Of a stretch of DNA of 64,000 bases, positions 40,662 to 54,169 are shown one piece after another. This stretch comes from Eledone cirrhosa (Eukaryota). Where the stretch lies: positions 58,652,001 to 58,716,000 of the forward strand of contig OZ024741.1 in NCBI GenBank assembly GCA_964016885.1. Direction: 5' to 3'. The translations under genes and the position numbers were made by a program. The notes under the pieces are model-generated. The model was not told the DNA's origin. It did not search any database and was given only the letters and a program-made list of their open reading frames with translations. Positions within the stretch are counted from its first letter, which is position 1, and every line of letters begins with the position of its first letter.

Positions 40662-40974
40662 GAATCTCTAACCTTCTGGTATATACTCAATGATAGCAAC
40701 ACTGTTATTATTATTAAAGTTATGTATATATATATATATATTTTGCTTCAGCAAAGCACTCAACTTATTAGGAGCATTTAATTAGAATAAGGCGGTTGAC
40801 ATAACAGGGATGTGCAAATCACACCATGGTCTCTTGGTTGTGAAGCAGATAAAAAGAAGCACTCAACGACCTGTATAAATGGTACAAGATGAAGCATTTT
40901 GGGGAAATTATTAGATTTTTCCAAATTTTAAAGGTTTCTTAGGAACTTTCAATGTTTATTTTAGGTTTTGCCAT

Positions 40975-41022
40975 CTGAAGAGCTCAGGCTATCTGATATG
41001 ATAGTCCTCAGTGAAATATGTA
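40975..41022 (+). ncRNA. Degenerate hammerhead motif in a Penelope-like remnant (about 40760-41062)
   Basis: CTGAAGA-gctcaggctatc-tgatat-gatagtcctcagt-GAAA-tat-GTA. Stem II partly pairs (ctatc/gatag). Lies between TA and CA microsatellites. Confidence 0.5.
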
Positions 41023-41063
41023 TAACGGAGTTTTAAACCAGAGTCAACTCCGATCTTTTATTA

Positions 41064-41114
<51 letters not shown>

Positions 41115-42459
41115 TCCTTGATCCAGCCCACATGTTTATATAACTGCATATTTGTACATGCCTCATAATACTTTTATATAGTTGTTTACAAGGAGGTCTT
41201 GTTCTAGTTTATAGCCATACCACTTCTTTGCATGTTCAATTGTTCAAGTTCAAAGTTTTTACACATTCGTCAATTATTATTATCATCATCATCACTTCGA
41301 TCATTCAGAAATCTTCATTAGGTAATTTAATAAGAGAAGTCATGTGTTTTATATTTATTAACAATATATATTGCTTTAGTAATTGTTTTATGCTATGTTT
41401 ATTTTTTCTGCTGGTAGATAGAAATCTAGTTATTATGAAGCTACAAACTAAAAAAATGAATTAATATTTATGAGCAAAATAGCAAAACAGCAAAATGAAA
41501 ATTCAATCCAATTTATTCTGTGGAGAAAGAAAGTCATAGAAAGTGATCAATTTAAATAGGAAGATAAAACTAAAACACACAAAAGATTTTTTTTTATTTT
41601 TTTTATTTAAAGCTGCCACTAAGAGAAAGAAGAAACATGTCATGATATTGGAATAAAGATAAAAAAAAAAAGAGAGAAAGAGCTGGGATGATGTTAGTGA
41701 TAGGAGAAAACTATCAGTTTCAACAATGTATTATTATTGCTCCACACATATATATAAGTATGTATGTATATATATGTATGCGTGAATTCATGTGTATATA
41801 GGTATATTTATTCATGTTATATGTATATATATATGTGTGTGTATATATATATATATAAAAACACAGAAAAAACTGTATCCTCTGGAGAGTAGTAGGTAAG
41901 GGATGTGTAAAGCAAAACTAAAAGACAAGAGAAAGCAATGTTTTAGCACTTAACACTTAGCTGAGTTTAAAGAGTGTTGGTTGGAAATAAAATTTGAAAC
42001 CAAAGAAGAAAAGTAAAACTAAACACACACACGCACACACACACACTCTCTCTCTCTCTCTCATGCACAAACACTAAAAATTTAATGTAATAATAAAACA
42101 AATACATTAAAGTTACTATGCAAGGAAGAGGCATTTTTAAACTGAAGTTTGCATGCTTCACATGTAAAATAGGAGTAATTACTTCAACATTCTATTAATG
42201 GACTTTAATTTCAACTTCAATAATAGATAAAGTGGTTTACTATGAAGAAAATACAGGTTAAATATGTGTGTGTATACCTAAATACATACACACACACACA
42301 TATATATATATATACATATGCATATTGTTAATTACTGAGTTGCTTATCCGTGAGAGTTGTGTTGAGACGTCTTGTTGATAAACAGGTAGAAGTATTCTAC
42401 ATCAGTTGTACATATCCAGCATTATGATGGCAATTAAACGTGATGGAGTTTCTTTGTAT

Positions 42460-42740
42460 GAATTAATGTTGTGATAGATGTTGTGGTTACATAATTGTAT
42501 TTATTGTATAATACATATTTTAGTGGCACCATTGTACAGTCATTATACCATCATTACATCAGCAACTGGTACCAAGATACTAACATTTGCTTAGTTATCA
42601 TAGTGTTCACATCTGACGATGTCACACCCATGCTAGTTGCTGGTGTAAAGATTGTATAATGACTGTACACTGGTGCCACTGAAATACATATTATGCAATA
42701 AATGATTATGTAACCATAACATATGTCTTAACATTAATTC
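42460..42740. repeat. Long imperfect inverted repeat (arms of about 110 bp, spacer of about 60 nt)
   Basis: tggttacataat..tagtggcaccattgtacagtcattatac..cagcaact pairs with agttgctg..gtataatgactgtacactggtgccact..attatgtaacca. Confidence 0.85.
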
Positions 42741-42789
42741 CTACACACACACACACATGCACAAGCACACATGCACAAGCACACATATC

Positions 42790-43625
42790 AAGTAGTACAG
42801 GATGGTGTCATACACAATAACAAAGGAGTTGCACTAGGGATAGTTGACTACAGAGGCATCAAGTTGATGGATCGGGTCATGAAAGTTGCTGAAAAGGTTA
42901 CAGCACAACTAATTAGGAACGGAATTAAGATAGATGAGCTGTCGTTTGGTTTTATGGCATGTGGATGTATTTCCAATGCTTTTTTTCTGATGAGACAACT
43001 GCAGAAGTACTTGGCTAAGAGTAGGCCACTTTACCTGCCATTTGAGGATGTCGAGAAAGCCTTTGATGGTCCCCCTTGCTCGGCAAGCCATGTGTAGAGG
43101 TGCTACCAGAAAAGTGAATTTGCAGTGCAGGTAATGGCCCATCAGGGCTCAGTCCTTGGTTCACTTTTGATATCATTGTCGTTCACTTTAACTTGCACTT
43201 CATGGGAAATCCTGTACTGATGATCTACTTCTTATAACTGAGTCTATAGGACAGTTAGACAAATTTCCAGACAGGCAAGAAAAATCTAGAATCAAGAGGC
43301 CTAAAAGTAAAACTTTTAACAAAGACTAAATTCTTGATAATAAGTAGGAAAGAACAGGAAGCTGTTACTAGTGGCCTTGTGTGATACATTGGAAAGGGTT
43401 GGGCAGAAACTCTTAAGATGGACACACAAGCATTCTATTTGAATTACAGTCAGGTTAGCAAAGATAGACGTGGTAGATGCACAGAAATGAGCACTGAGAG
43501 CGCATATGAAATAGATTGCCTTAGTTGCCCAGAGATTCCTAGAAGTCGTAGACAGCTTTGTTACGGCAGTTGGGTGGGGGGGGGGGGGGGGTCAGACTTT
43601 TTACACCACAGAAACTTGAATCCAC
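42790..43625 (+). mobile_element. Degenerate RTE RT fragment
   Basis: DYRGIKLMDRVMKVAEKV..QLQKYLAKSRPLYLPFEDVEKAFD, and catcagggctcagtccttgg (HQGSVL). Heavily deleted. Confidence 0.85.
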
Positions 43626-44221
43626 TAGATGTAAATTAGACATAATTATAACTGAATGGTTAAGAATTTGCTTTACAATTTTGAGGTGCCATATTTTGCA
43701 GAAGGGAAGGTTTTGAGTGAGCTGCATAATCTTTAAAGGGCCTCAAATGTATTTATGCATGCATTCATATATGTATTTACATATATATCATCATCATTTA
43801 ACATCCATTTCCTATGCTAGATTGGGTTAGACAAGTAGTCCCGTTGTTAGACATGTCAGATCAGGTGACCAAGTCTTGCTCATACAGAACTGTTTCTACA
43901 GCCAGATGCCCTTCTTAATGACAACCTTATTTATAGCATGGACTGGGTGCTTTTTATCTTGGCACCAAAGCAATTAATTGACAGGTTGGACTGGGAACTT
44001 TTTCATTGTGTCACCAACATACCACTTTACAGGGTACTTTTTGTTGTTTTACCAACACAACCAAATTACAGTGTTGATTGGGTGCTTTTTGTCATGTCAC
44101 CAACTTGACCACCTTATATAATATATAAATATTTATACACATGTATCCTAACCAACCCATGCAAATGTGGTAAAACGGACGTAAAAGCTACAATGATGAT
44201 GTGCGTGTGTATGTGTGTGTA

Positions 44222-44279
<58 letters not shown>

Positions 44280-44607
44280 GGCGTATGCATACACTAGAAT
44301 ACCATGTACAGATATATGTATGTGTGTGAGTAAATCAGTTAGAACTCCATATTCTGAGTATGTATAATCAGTGTTTTGTTTCTTAAAAGATTAATACACT
44401 ATTGCTTTTGTTTTGGTGGGGTATTTTGTTTTGTTTTTCTATAAATTTATCTTTGATCATTGAAACATTTCTGTTTTTTGTTTTACTTCCTCCGCAGACA
44501 TCACTTTCATGTGACCACTAAAGAAATTCTTTTTTATCCCAATACTTTATTGAGATTTCATGTTCTTTCAAGATACACTGATATTTCACCACCATCAAAA
44601 GTAAAAC

Positions 44608-44648
<41 letters not shown>

Positions 44649-44751
44649 GTGTATACATAGAGCTGAGTAAGATATTTAAGTAGTATATATTATACATAGA
44701 GCTGAGTAAGATGTTTAAGAGATATATATAAATAGAGCTTAGAAGTTTAAG

Positions 44752-44801
<50 letters not shown>

Positions 44802-45052
44802 ATATACATATATATGTGTGTGTGTGTATATATATCGACAGTCGATCGACTTTCATCAAATCGGACCTAGGAAACAATGTTTCCGTTGGTCTTTCCAATT
44901 GCTAATACTATGTATCGGTCGCAACTCCAGGTAGAAGGAGCAGTGTGAAATAAAGTGTCATGCTCAAGGACATAACGCATCACCTGGTCCAGGAATCAAA
45001 CACACAACCTCACGATTGTGAATCCAATTCTCTAACCACTCAGCCACGCGCC

Positions 45053-45087
<35 letters not shown>

Positions 45088-48000
45088 CAAACAGCTGAGT
45101 AATAACTTTGATATATATATATATATACCATATATACCTTTTTGACATCAATTCAATGAAGCAAAGCCACCCATTTTAAAGAGTTCTAACTTAAATAAAA
45201 AATCTTCCAACATAATTTTATATAAGAACCATGTATTGAGTTACTATCTTAATGAAGTAATTAGTAATTTTCATAAATCCCTCATTAATCAATTGAAATT
45301 GTGTACTTCTTTAGAAATCCAATCATGAATGGGTTATCTCTTTTGATATCAAACTGCCTGAAGCCGCCCCTGGTTCTATGATAAAAAGCTGTATATTTTA
45401 ATGTGTTTATATTTATTTAAAAACTTTCCATCGAAATTTTATGTAAGAACCTTTATGTTCCTAACACCAGCTTAATAATGAGAAAGTTCCTGATTATTTT
45501 CTAAATTAATTGTGGCAGTATCTTTCATTAGAAATATAGTATTAAAATGTTAAGCTGTACATTCATAGAACATGGAGAAAATGTTTCTTTTCAATCAAGA
45601 TGTCTTGGTTATTATGGATACCATTAACTCAGAAATTAGTGGAACTCTAAAAATGTATTTGATTCCATTTCAAGCTACGACTATTATTATTATTGTACTT
45701 TACAAAACTATTTTATTAACTCTATATCAAGTTACTAATATTATTATTACTCTGTGTAATAATGAATTGGCAGTATCGGTAGAGGGTTGGACGCCATGCT
45801 TTCCAGCATAGTTACGTCCCTTTACGATCTGAGTTCAAATCCCGCCGAGGTTGACTTTGCCTTTCATCCTTACGGGGTCGATAAAATAAAGTACCAGTAA
45901 TGCACTGGGTAATTGCTGGCCTTGTGCCTAAAGTAGAAACAATTATTATTACTCTGTGTGTGTGTGCATATAGGAGAAGAAACATTTAACTTTACCTGAA
46001 GTACACTTTACAGAAATACATTTGTATTAACTTCATTTCAAGCTACTAATATTGTTCTTCATTCTTTTATTGGTCTCAGATTGTGACCATGCTGGGGTAC
46101 CACCTTGATTTAGTCGATCATATTGGCTCCAGTCATTTTTTACTGCTTTCAGTGATTAGAATGTGGCCATGCTGGGGCACCGGCTTGATTTACATCAATC
46201 ATATTGAGCCCTGGTCCTTCTTTTGTTGAGCACACACATGTACACAATGGACTTCTGCAGTTAGTTAACCTGAGCTATAGTAGAAGTCACATTTCCAAGG
46301 TGCCCCACAGCAGGACTTATCCCAGAACCACATAGTTGCAAAGTGAACTCCTTAACCACACAGCCTTGCCTGCTCCTATTACTGTATATGTGTGTGTGTG
46401 TGTGTAGGGAAAATATTTAACTTTATCTTAAGTGTACTTTACAGAAATACATAAATAACATTCTCATTAACTTCTTTTCAATAATGAGAAACTTTGACAC
46501 CTTTTCATAGCTTCACTAGTTTTGATAGTTTTAGTAGTTTTTCTACAACAAAAGTTTAGCAGCTGTAAGCAGACTGTTGCTACTTTTGAGTGTAAAGACT
46601 AAAAATTGGTTTCTGTAAAAATCTATATGAATAGTCTGCAGTTCCTATTGTGCATTGTTTTTGACTAGGAATTCTATACAGTGCGAGTTAGTTACTGCTA
46701 TAATAATAGTTTGATGTATTTCTGTATGTGAGTATGCATTTGTGTATACATGTGAATATGTATGTATGTTTCTATAATTGTGTATATATGTTTGTATGCA
46801 TGTAAATATGAATGTATGCGTGTGTTTATGTGCCTATATGGAAGTACATAGGATTTTCTTCTCAGATTTTCTAGAATTGAGGAAATAGTTTATAGATGGA
46901 ATGACATTAACTCTCAGGAAATTCTTTAACGTCTTCATCAAATCTTCAGAAAAACTCATTCAAAATTTCTTTTGCTTATTATTATATATATAAAATGTTA
47001 AGATAGTTTTCAGCTGTAACAATCTGATTAATTAGGTTATCATTATTTTCGTTTTTGATGGGCATGAAAGAAATTGTAATGACTTGTGGTTTTATCAGTG
47101 GTTAAATCAATTCCAGTATCTGACTGGTACTTTATTTGAACAACCCCGGGGGATGAAAGGCAAAGTGAGATGTGAACTCAGTCTCAAAACAAATACCACA
47201 TAGCATTTTGTCCAGTGCTCTAAACAATTTGCCAATTCACTGCCCTTAATTAAAAATAATGGTTTCTAATTTAAGTGCAAAGTCAGCAATTTTGGTGAGG
47301 AGAGAGCAAAGTTCATTAAATCAACCCCAGTACTTGACTTGTACTGTGAAAGGATGAAAAGCAAAATTGACTTTAAGATTTGAACTCGCCAAACTGTCTG
47401 ACTCCGACCCTAGTTCTATGATACAAAGCTGTTCATTTTAAAGTGTCTATGTATCTAAAATGCTACCATCATAATTTTATGTAAAACCCTTTAAGTTATG
47501 TTCCAAACACCAGCTTAACAATGAGAAAGTTATTTTACTAAATCCCTCCAAATTCTTACGTTTTCAACATTATTTTTAAATCATAGGTAGTATCTTTCAC
47601 CAAAAATATAGTATGAAAGTGTTAGTAAATGTTACCACAGCACCATACCTCCTTTATTTGAGGCAGCTTCCCAATTCTTTTTTTAGTGTTCAAAATGCTG
47701 CTATGTGTGCTCTGTCTATTCTACTCAGATTTTTCTGTAATGTGGTTGGATTAATTTCGAATATGCTCTTTTTATTCCATTAATTCTTATTTAACGGAAC
47801 TCTTATTTTCACACATCTGTATCTCCTGCTCCAGTCGGTTATCCTCATTAGTACATACACATATTTTTCCCAGCTTATTTTCATCTCAAGTTTTTTCTTT
47901 TTATATTTTACCACTTGTCAGTATTTATTAGTCTGCTTCTAACAGTTCCCTTGTCTGTTGAATAACAGTAAATGTTTGCACTGAAACTTCAACCTCACCA

Positions 48001-48239
48001 CACTTCACACATTTCTTTCTCTTTACACTCAGTTCTCAGTGTTTGCTATACTGCATACAGATGTTACAGGATGAATCATCATCATCATTTTACGTCCGCT
48101 TTTCCCTGCTTGCAAGGGTGGGACATATATATATATATATATGTGTGTGTGTATGTATGTAGGTGTGTGTATATAGATGTGTATGCATGTATTATGTAGA
48201 TGTGTGTATTTGTATACATGTTTGAAATGTAGTTATCTA

Positions 48240-48585
48240 AATGCTATAGTGTTAGTCAATCAGGTAAAATAGCCCCGGAGAAAGAAAAATAGACAGAGGC
48301 ACCTGTGAGGAATCAGCTTAAGTCAACCAGATATTCACATTTCTAGCTATGAGTATAAAATCTTCTAAAATGATAGAATTTGTGGCCAGGGTCTCTTTAG
48401 GTTACTAGTTAATGCACTTGTCTGGCATCTAAGAGATGCAGAGTTTGATTCTTCACAGGTGTCTCTATCCACTTTTTCCATCTCTAATGATATTTTACTT
48501 GATTTTCTCTATTATATATAGTGGGACTATTATTATAGCTACTTATGTTAGGACGACTACATTTCAAATTTTCCAATGCTTCTTG
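48240..48585. mobile_element. tRNA-head repeat with an inverted and permuted duplication; colinear relative at about 13250-13455
   Basis: Arms about 48258-48314 and 48447-48504. tRNA-like segment 48389-48462. The body gacRactacatttcaaattt and cttaagtcaac are shared with 13392-13435. Confidence 0.6.
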
Positions 48586-51109
48586 TTTATCTTGATAAGG
48601 AAATAATAATTTTAGTAAATGCTTTGTTAATTAATTCAAATATTGTGGGGTTTATTAGAAATATGGTGATGAAAGAGTTTGCAAATCAAACAAGCTGTCT
48701 ATCACCCTGTCAAATCACACCACAGTTACCATAACTCCATGCTTATCTCTCTTTTCCTATCACTCTCCCCTCCAGCCCCCACTGGGCAGAGAGAACTCTT
48801 CCATTGGGAAAAGGGCCAATAATCTTTTTAGCATTAACCATGCCTAAAAAGAGTTGAGAGGACCCTTCAGTTGTGTCACGGCACGGCACGACAACCTCTC
48901 TAATGTTGGGGATCTACACAATACACACACCCAGTATATGCTGTAAAGTGGTTTGTGTTAGGAAAGGCATCTGACCATAGAAAGCTTGCTAAACAAAGAA
49001 TTGAGAGAACCCTTCAGCTGTGTCAAGGACATGATGACCTCCCTAGAGTTGGTGATCTACATGATAAATGCACTCAGTACACACTTTAAAGTGGCTGGTG
49101 ATAAGAAGGGCATCCAGCCAAAGGGTTAGGAGGATCCTTTAGATGTGTTAAAGAGATGACAACTTCTATTGTGCTAGTGCTCTTGGTAGAACATGAGACT
49201 ATATGTAAACTAGCTGCAGACCCATCCAACTTTTGCTAGCAGGAAAAGTGGACATTAAACTATGATGATGATGTATGTATTGTATAAAAGAACTAGTCAT
49301 ATGGATGAGAACAAGGTTCCTACTTGTTGATCTGTTGCACAATCATAAATTATTCCTTCCTGTTTCAACAGAATGGAAATTTTATTTGAGAGGAAATTGC
49401 TATCCATTTTTTCTTTCTTTATATAGTCTTATTTCTAAGTGCAGTTTGTAATGAAGAAGAGCCTTTAAATCTTGGCATTAGTGAGAAGATAAAGGTTGAT
49501 GTTTCTTTAGAACTCTTAGGGGTTATTTACTAATCAGAAAGGCAAGAAATGCAGTAAAAACAGTCCTAAAGTAGTGGTGGGGGGGATAGGAGAATATTAT
49601 GTATTTTCTTTAATGAAAGAAACAGATAAAATATGTGTATTAAGTGGGGTTTGCATCGAAGCAGATAAAGTATGAGTATTGAAGCTGGGGGAGGTTTAGA
49701 AACAAGGAAATTATACTTTGATCGTGCCATGCAAGTCTAAACAGTCAGATATTGCAGAACAATAAAAGCAGTTGCCTTTTAATGCAAAGCAACAAGGCTC
49801 AAGTGCTCAAATAATTTTCTATAAGAGATTTATTTTGTATATAGTGGGGAGGGAGGTATCTGGATTTGAATTTAAGATAATGATTTTGAAATTAATCAAT
49901 CAGAAAAAGAAATAGCTTTTTAATGTGCAGCATGTTTTAAAATGTAGGCATTTGTAACTGAAAGATTGGGACAAATGAAAGAATTAATTCCTATTTCAGA
50001 GTAGAAACAGATTCCTGCTGTGGCAGAGATAAGACACTGCTAATGTAAATCTAATGACTGGCTTTTAAAGAATATTTTAAAGATAACAGAAAATGACAGG
50101 GTGTATAGTAAAAAAAAAAATATTTAATTTAATAATTCCTTAATTACAACATTCTATGTGAAGATGCTTGAATCCAAAGTTACTCTTTGCTTTCATAATT
50201 TTTAATCTACTGCTATCACCTCCAATACCACTATCAGTCACCCCCCTCTCATCAGAAGCTCATCTTCCTGATCTCATTGGCTTCAAATCAGACTGATTGC
50301 CTAAATCATGACCATTAATGGAAGCTTGGGGTGGGGGGGGGGGGGTCAGGTGGGGGGGGGGGGGGGGGGTCAGGTGAGGTTAGGTCCTTTTCATCACTTA
50401 CTCTCTCTTCCTCCTCCTTCATGCTAAGGAATCTCCATCTTCATCACCCATGTCCCTCTCCCATAAATCATGGCACTTCTCTCACACATGCAGTATTCAT
50501 GTTTCCCTTCAGTTTCAGCTACAGCAACATTCCAACCTCATTGGCACACCACTCAGTTTCTGGAACGTTTTCTATGTACACCTCACTCTAGATACTATCA
50601 CAGAATTTGATCCACCTTTTCCATTCAACGTGTATCCAATTCAAAATAAGTACACTATATCTCTGCATGTTGTAAGTAGTAACTAAAGGATTTGGCACTA
50701 GGTAGGGCATCCGGTCATAAAACATTGCCTCAAAAACAGCCTCATGACAAGTATAACATGGCTATACATATATTCTATAAAAACCTTACACCTGTACCAA
50801 ATCACTATTTTAATATATGCTTCATGAGAAACTACTCCAAATAAAATATGGAATATAGAAAAGAGTGAATTAATAATATGTCAGTTCTTTCCTCTACGAT
50901 AATTGATCAGGTTCCTGTAATGGTAAAGTGGAAAACCATTTTATGTGGATTTGATCAATCATGGAGATGAAATAAAATAGTTTTCCAAATATATATATAA
51001 AAAAAAATAGTTCCACCTGTGTTAGGAAAATGTCTCCAGGGATAAAGACTGAAAAAAATCAAGATTAATTTCCTTCTCTTCATACATATTCAACACCATA
51101 CACTTATTC

Positions 51110-51560
51110 ACACACAGCCATCAGCATACACACACACAGCCATCAGCATACATACACACAGAGCTATCAGCATACACACACACAGAGCTACTCACCATAC
51201 ACACACACACAGAGCTATCAGCATACACACACACAGAGCTATCAGCATACACACACACAGAGCTATCAGCATACACACACACAGAGCCATCAGCATACAC
51301 ACACACACACACACACAGCCATCAGCATACATACACACAGAGCTATCAGCATACACACACACAGAGCTACTCACCATACACACACACACAGAGCTATCAG
51401 CATACACACACACAGAGCTATCAGCATACACACACACAGAGCCATCAGCATACACACACACACACACACACAGTCATCAGCATACACACACAGCTATCAG
51501 CATACACACACACAGCCATCAGTATACACACACACAGAGCTATCAGCACACAGACACAGA
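51110..51560. repeat. Minisatellite of about 24 bp (cagcatacacacacacagagctat) with higher-order duplication
   Basis: The variant unit gagctactcaccat occurs at about 51185 and 51364, marking a higher-order repeat of about 180 bp. Confidence 0.9.
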
Positions 51561-51791
51561 GCTAACACACACAGCCATCGCCACACCTGCACACAACTAT
51601 AACCATCACAACACATGCAGTCATCACACACAGCTAATACAATGCACATACAGTCCATCAAATACACACACAACCAATACCAATATGTACAGGTTCTTAC
51701 TCTCTCTCACTCACTCTGTCTCATCTCCTTTTTTCACCCTCTCTCTCTGACCTCCTCTTTTTCTCTTCCTTGTATTTAAAAAAAGCAGCAT

Positions 51792-51829
<38 letters not shown>

Positions 51830-52097
51830 CACACACTTGTATTTAAAAAAACCCACCATGCTCCCTCTCTGTCTCTCCTCTAATCTCTCTGATATTTAAA
51901 GAAATCAGCATGTATTGAGCAATGATCTATTACTATATTGATCTTAGTTATCAGGTAGTCTTCATAGCACCATGGAATTTCTCAATTTCCTTGTAAACAT
52001 TGATTCCTAGGTTTATTTGGTCATAAATTTATTTCACACATGAAACAAAACAAAAACAAAAACAAAATTGGTATTTCTGTATTGTGGATATAAAACT

Positions 52098-52144
<47 letters not shown>

Positions 52145-52659
52145 GCTAGATATCTTGACATAATGTATAGACATAACACTAAGCAGTGAATGAAAGAAAG
52201 AGAAAAAATATAAATTTTTATTTAAAGAATATTTGTTTCCATTTAAATTTGAAAAATATAAATTCTCTTTGCTAGAAATTTTTCCTATCACAATATGATA
52301 ATTTGATAACATTATTTGAACAACAATCTTAATTTCCTCTATATGAAAGAAAGAAATGTGTTATTGTTACTGTCTTCATGGAAACTCAGAATAAATGAGT
52401 AAATTATTGTTTTATATGTCATAGTACTTAATACTAACTCTTTCAAGTCAGTGAATTGTCAGAATGGTTGTTTTATTGGTTATATAGTTTATAGTTGTGT
52501 TTGTTTTTTATATATGAAATAACTTTAATATATGTATAAATGAATGTATGTGTGTATGTAGTAGCCAATGGTAACAGCATGGATCAGTTGATGAAAAGTT
52601 GTCACCCCCCCCCCCCCCCCCCCCTCCTGTTTATTTGCTCTGCTTCTCCCACATGCAGA

Positions 52660-53100
52660 ACCCCTGGCGCATGTTGTTTCAAGGCTCCAGCAGACAGAAT
52701 AGAGAAAAGCATTAGTTACCTTGGAGTATAGCAAGGAAGATATGCTAAAAGAGCCATTCCAACTCTCAGGGTCCACTACCGTAGGTGGCCAAATTTGTCC
52801 CATTAATAGTGATTAGGTAGGTGGTTCGGAGACCCAGAATGCCAGAAGTTTCCACTGCTATAGGTTCAAGGATAAAACTATTAGAAAGTGGCCAGTATTT
52901 CAACAGCTTGTGATCTTCAGCTTGCTGGGCAACAAGACCTGCATCTGTTACTGAATTCATCAATTTATCAGATTGCTGGTGGAAGGCATACCAAAGTGGA
53001 ACAGACAGATTGTGATACCATCTGGCCTTTTGCTGTCCTTTCAGTCTAACCCCCACCAGTTTGAACTTTTTGATATGACAGTAGATCCACAACAGCATTT
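52660..53100 (-). mobile_element. CRE-like RLE non-LTR remnant
   Basis: Minus strand has RPDGITI and AQQAEDHKLLKY..FILEPIAVETSGILG, typical of the CRE-clade RLE C-terminus. Confidence 0.7.
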
Positions 53101-54169
53101 AGTATTTTGGACATCCAAATAAGCAAATGAGATGTTTTTTCAAACATACCTTAACTCTTTTGATAAAACTAGCCCTTGTTCTACAAGACACAGTTATTTA
53201 AACTTTCCATCATAATTTTATGTTTCAAACACCAACTTAATAATGAGAAAGTTAGATTACCAAACCCCTCCAGATTAAACCCCTTGATTATTTTCAAAAT
53301 GATTGGTAATTAATAGGTGGTATCTTTCATTATAAATATGACAATCTACTTGAAACTTAGCAGTTCATCAAAGAATAGATGAATGAAATAAGTACTAGAC
53401 TTGAAAAGATAAGTATTGGCATTGATATGATTGACTAAATCAATGCAATACTCCAGCATGGTTGTAGTCTAATGTCTAAAACCAGTAAAAGAATAAACGA
53501 ATATGAATTAACTTCCACAGGTTAAGTTTAACAAGTTTCTTCTTCAAATATTGTAGTGAATTATATTGTGATAGGGAACTTTTGGCAGAGAATTATATTT
53601 TTCAGCTCTTGTTCCATGAAATAGAACCACCCGTTTTAGAAGATTAACTATTTAAACTAAAATCCTCCAACATAATTTTAGCAATGGAATAATTAATAAC
53701 TTTATTAAGCCCCTCAACATTTTTTCATTAACTCTTAACGCCCTGTATCACATGAAATCATATTCTTTAAAAATACAACACAGTACTATGACTGCATCAC
53801 ATTAAAAATTAAAGCCTTTACTGCAAATTTTCACAACAATCTGTCCACTTGAGCAAACTACCACCCTCAAGCCACATGTGACTAGCAATGTTTGTTATTG
53901 CAGCCCGGATACCTTTTTGCATGATGTCAATTTGTGCTTATCCAGATATTATCACAGAATAATGTGGCCAAACAGACACAAACTTGTACAGATTAGTAGG
54001 GAACAATTGCATAAATCTCATTAAAAGTTTGAGTAACTGTTCAATAACATTTATGAAGCAACTTAGTATTAAGTTCAATTCAAACAGTTACTTTCTTTGT
54101 GTTACAAATAATAATTTTGTGTGACAAAAAACCCTGTTATTTTGTAAATTCAGAGTTTTGTCTGAAGTC

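Noticed and set aside
48389-48462. tRNA gene (also SINE heads at 24407 and 62890)
   Set aside because: Cloverleafs are degenerate and continue into repeat bodies, so these are SINE-type heads.
51110-51560. Regular repeat array resembling a CRISPR or a repeat protein (YADSSVCV)
   Set aside because: No unique spacers and no cas genes. It is a CA-rich eukaryotic minisatellite.
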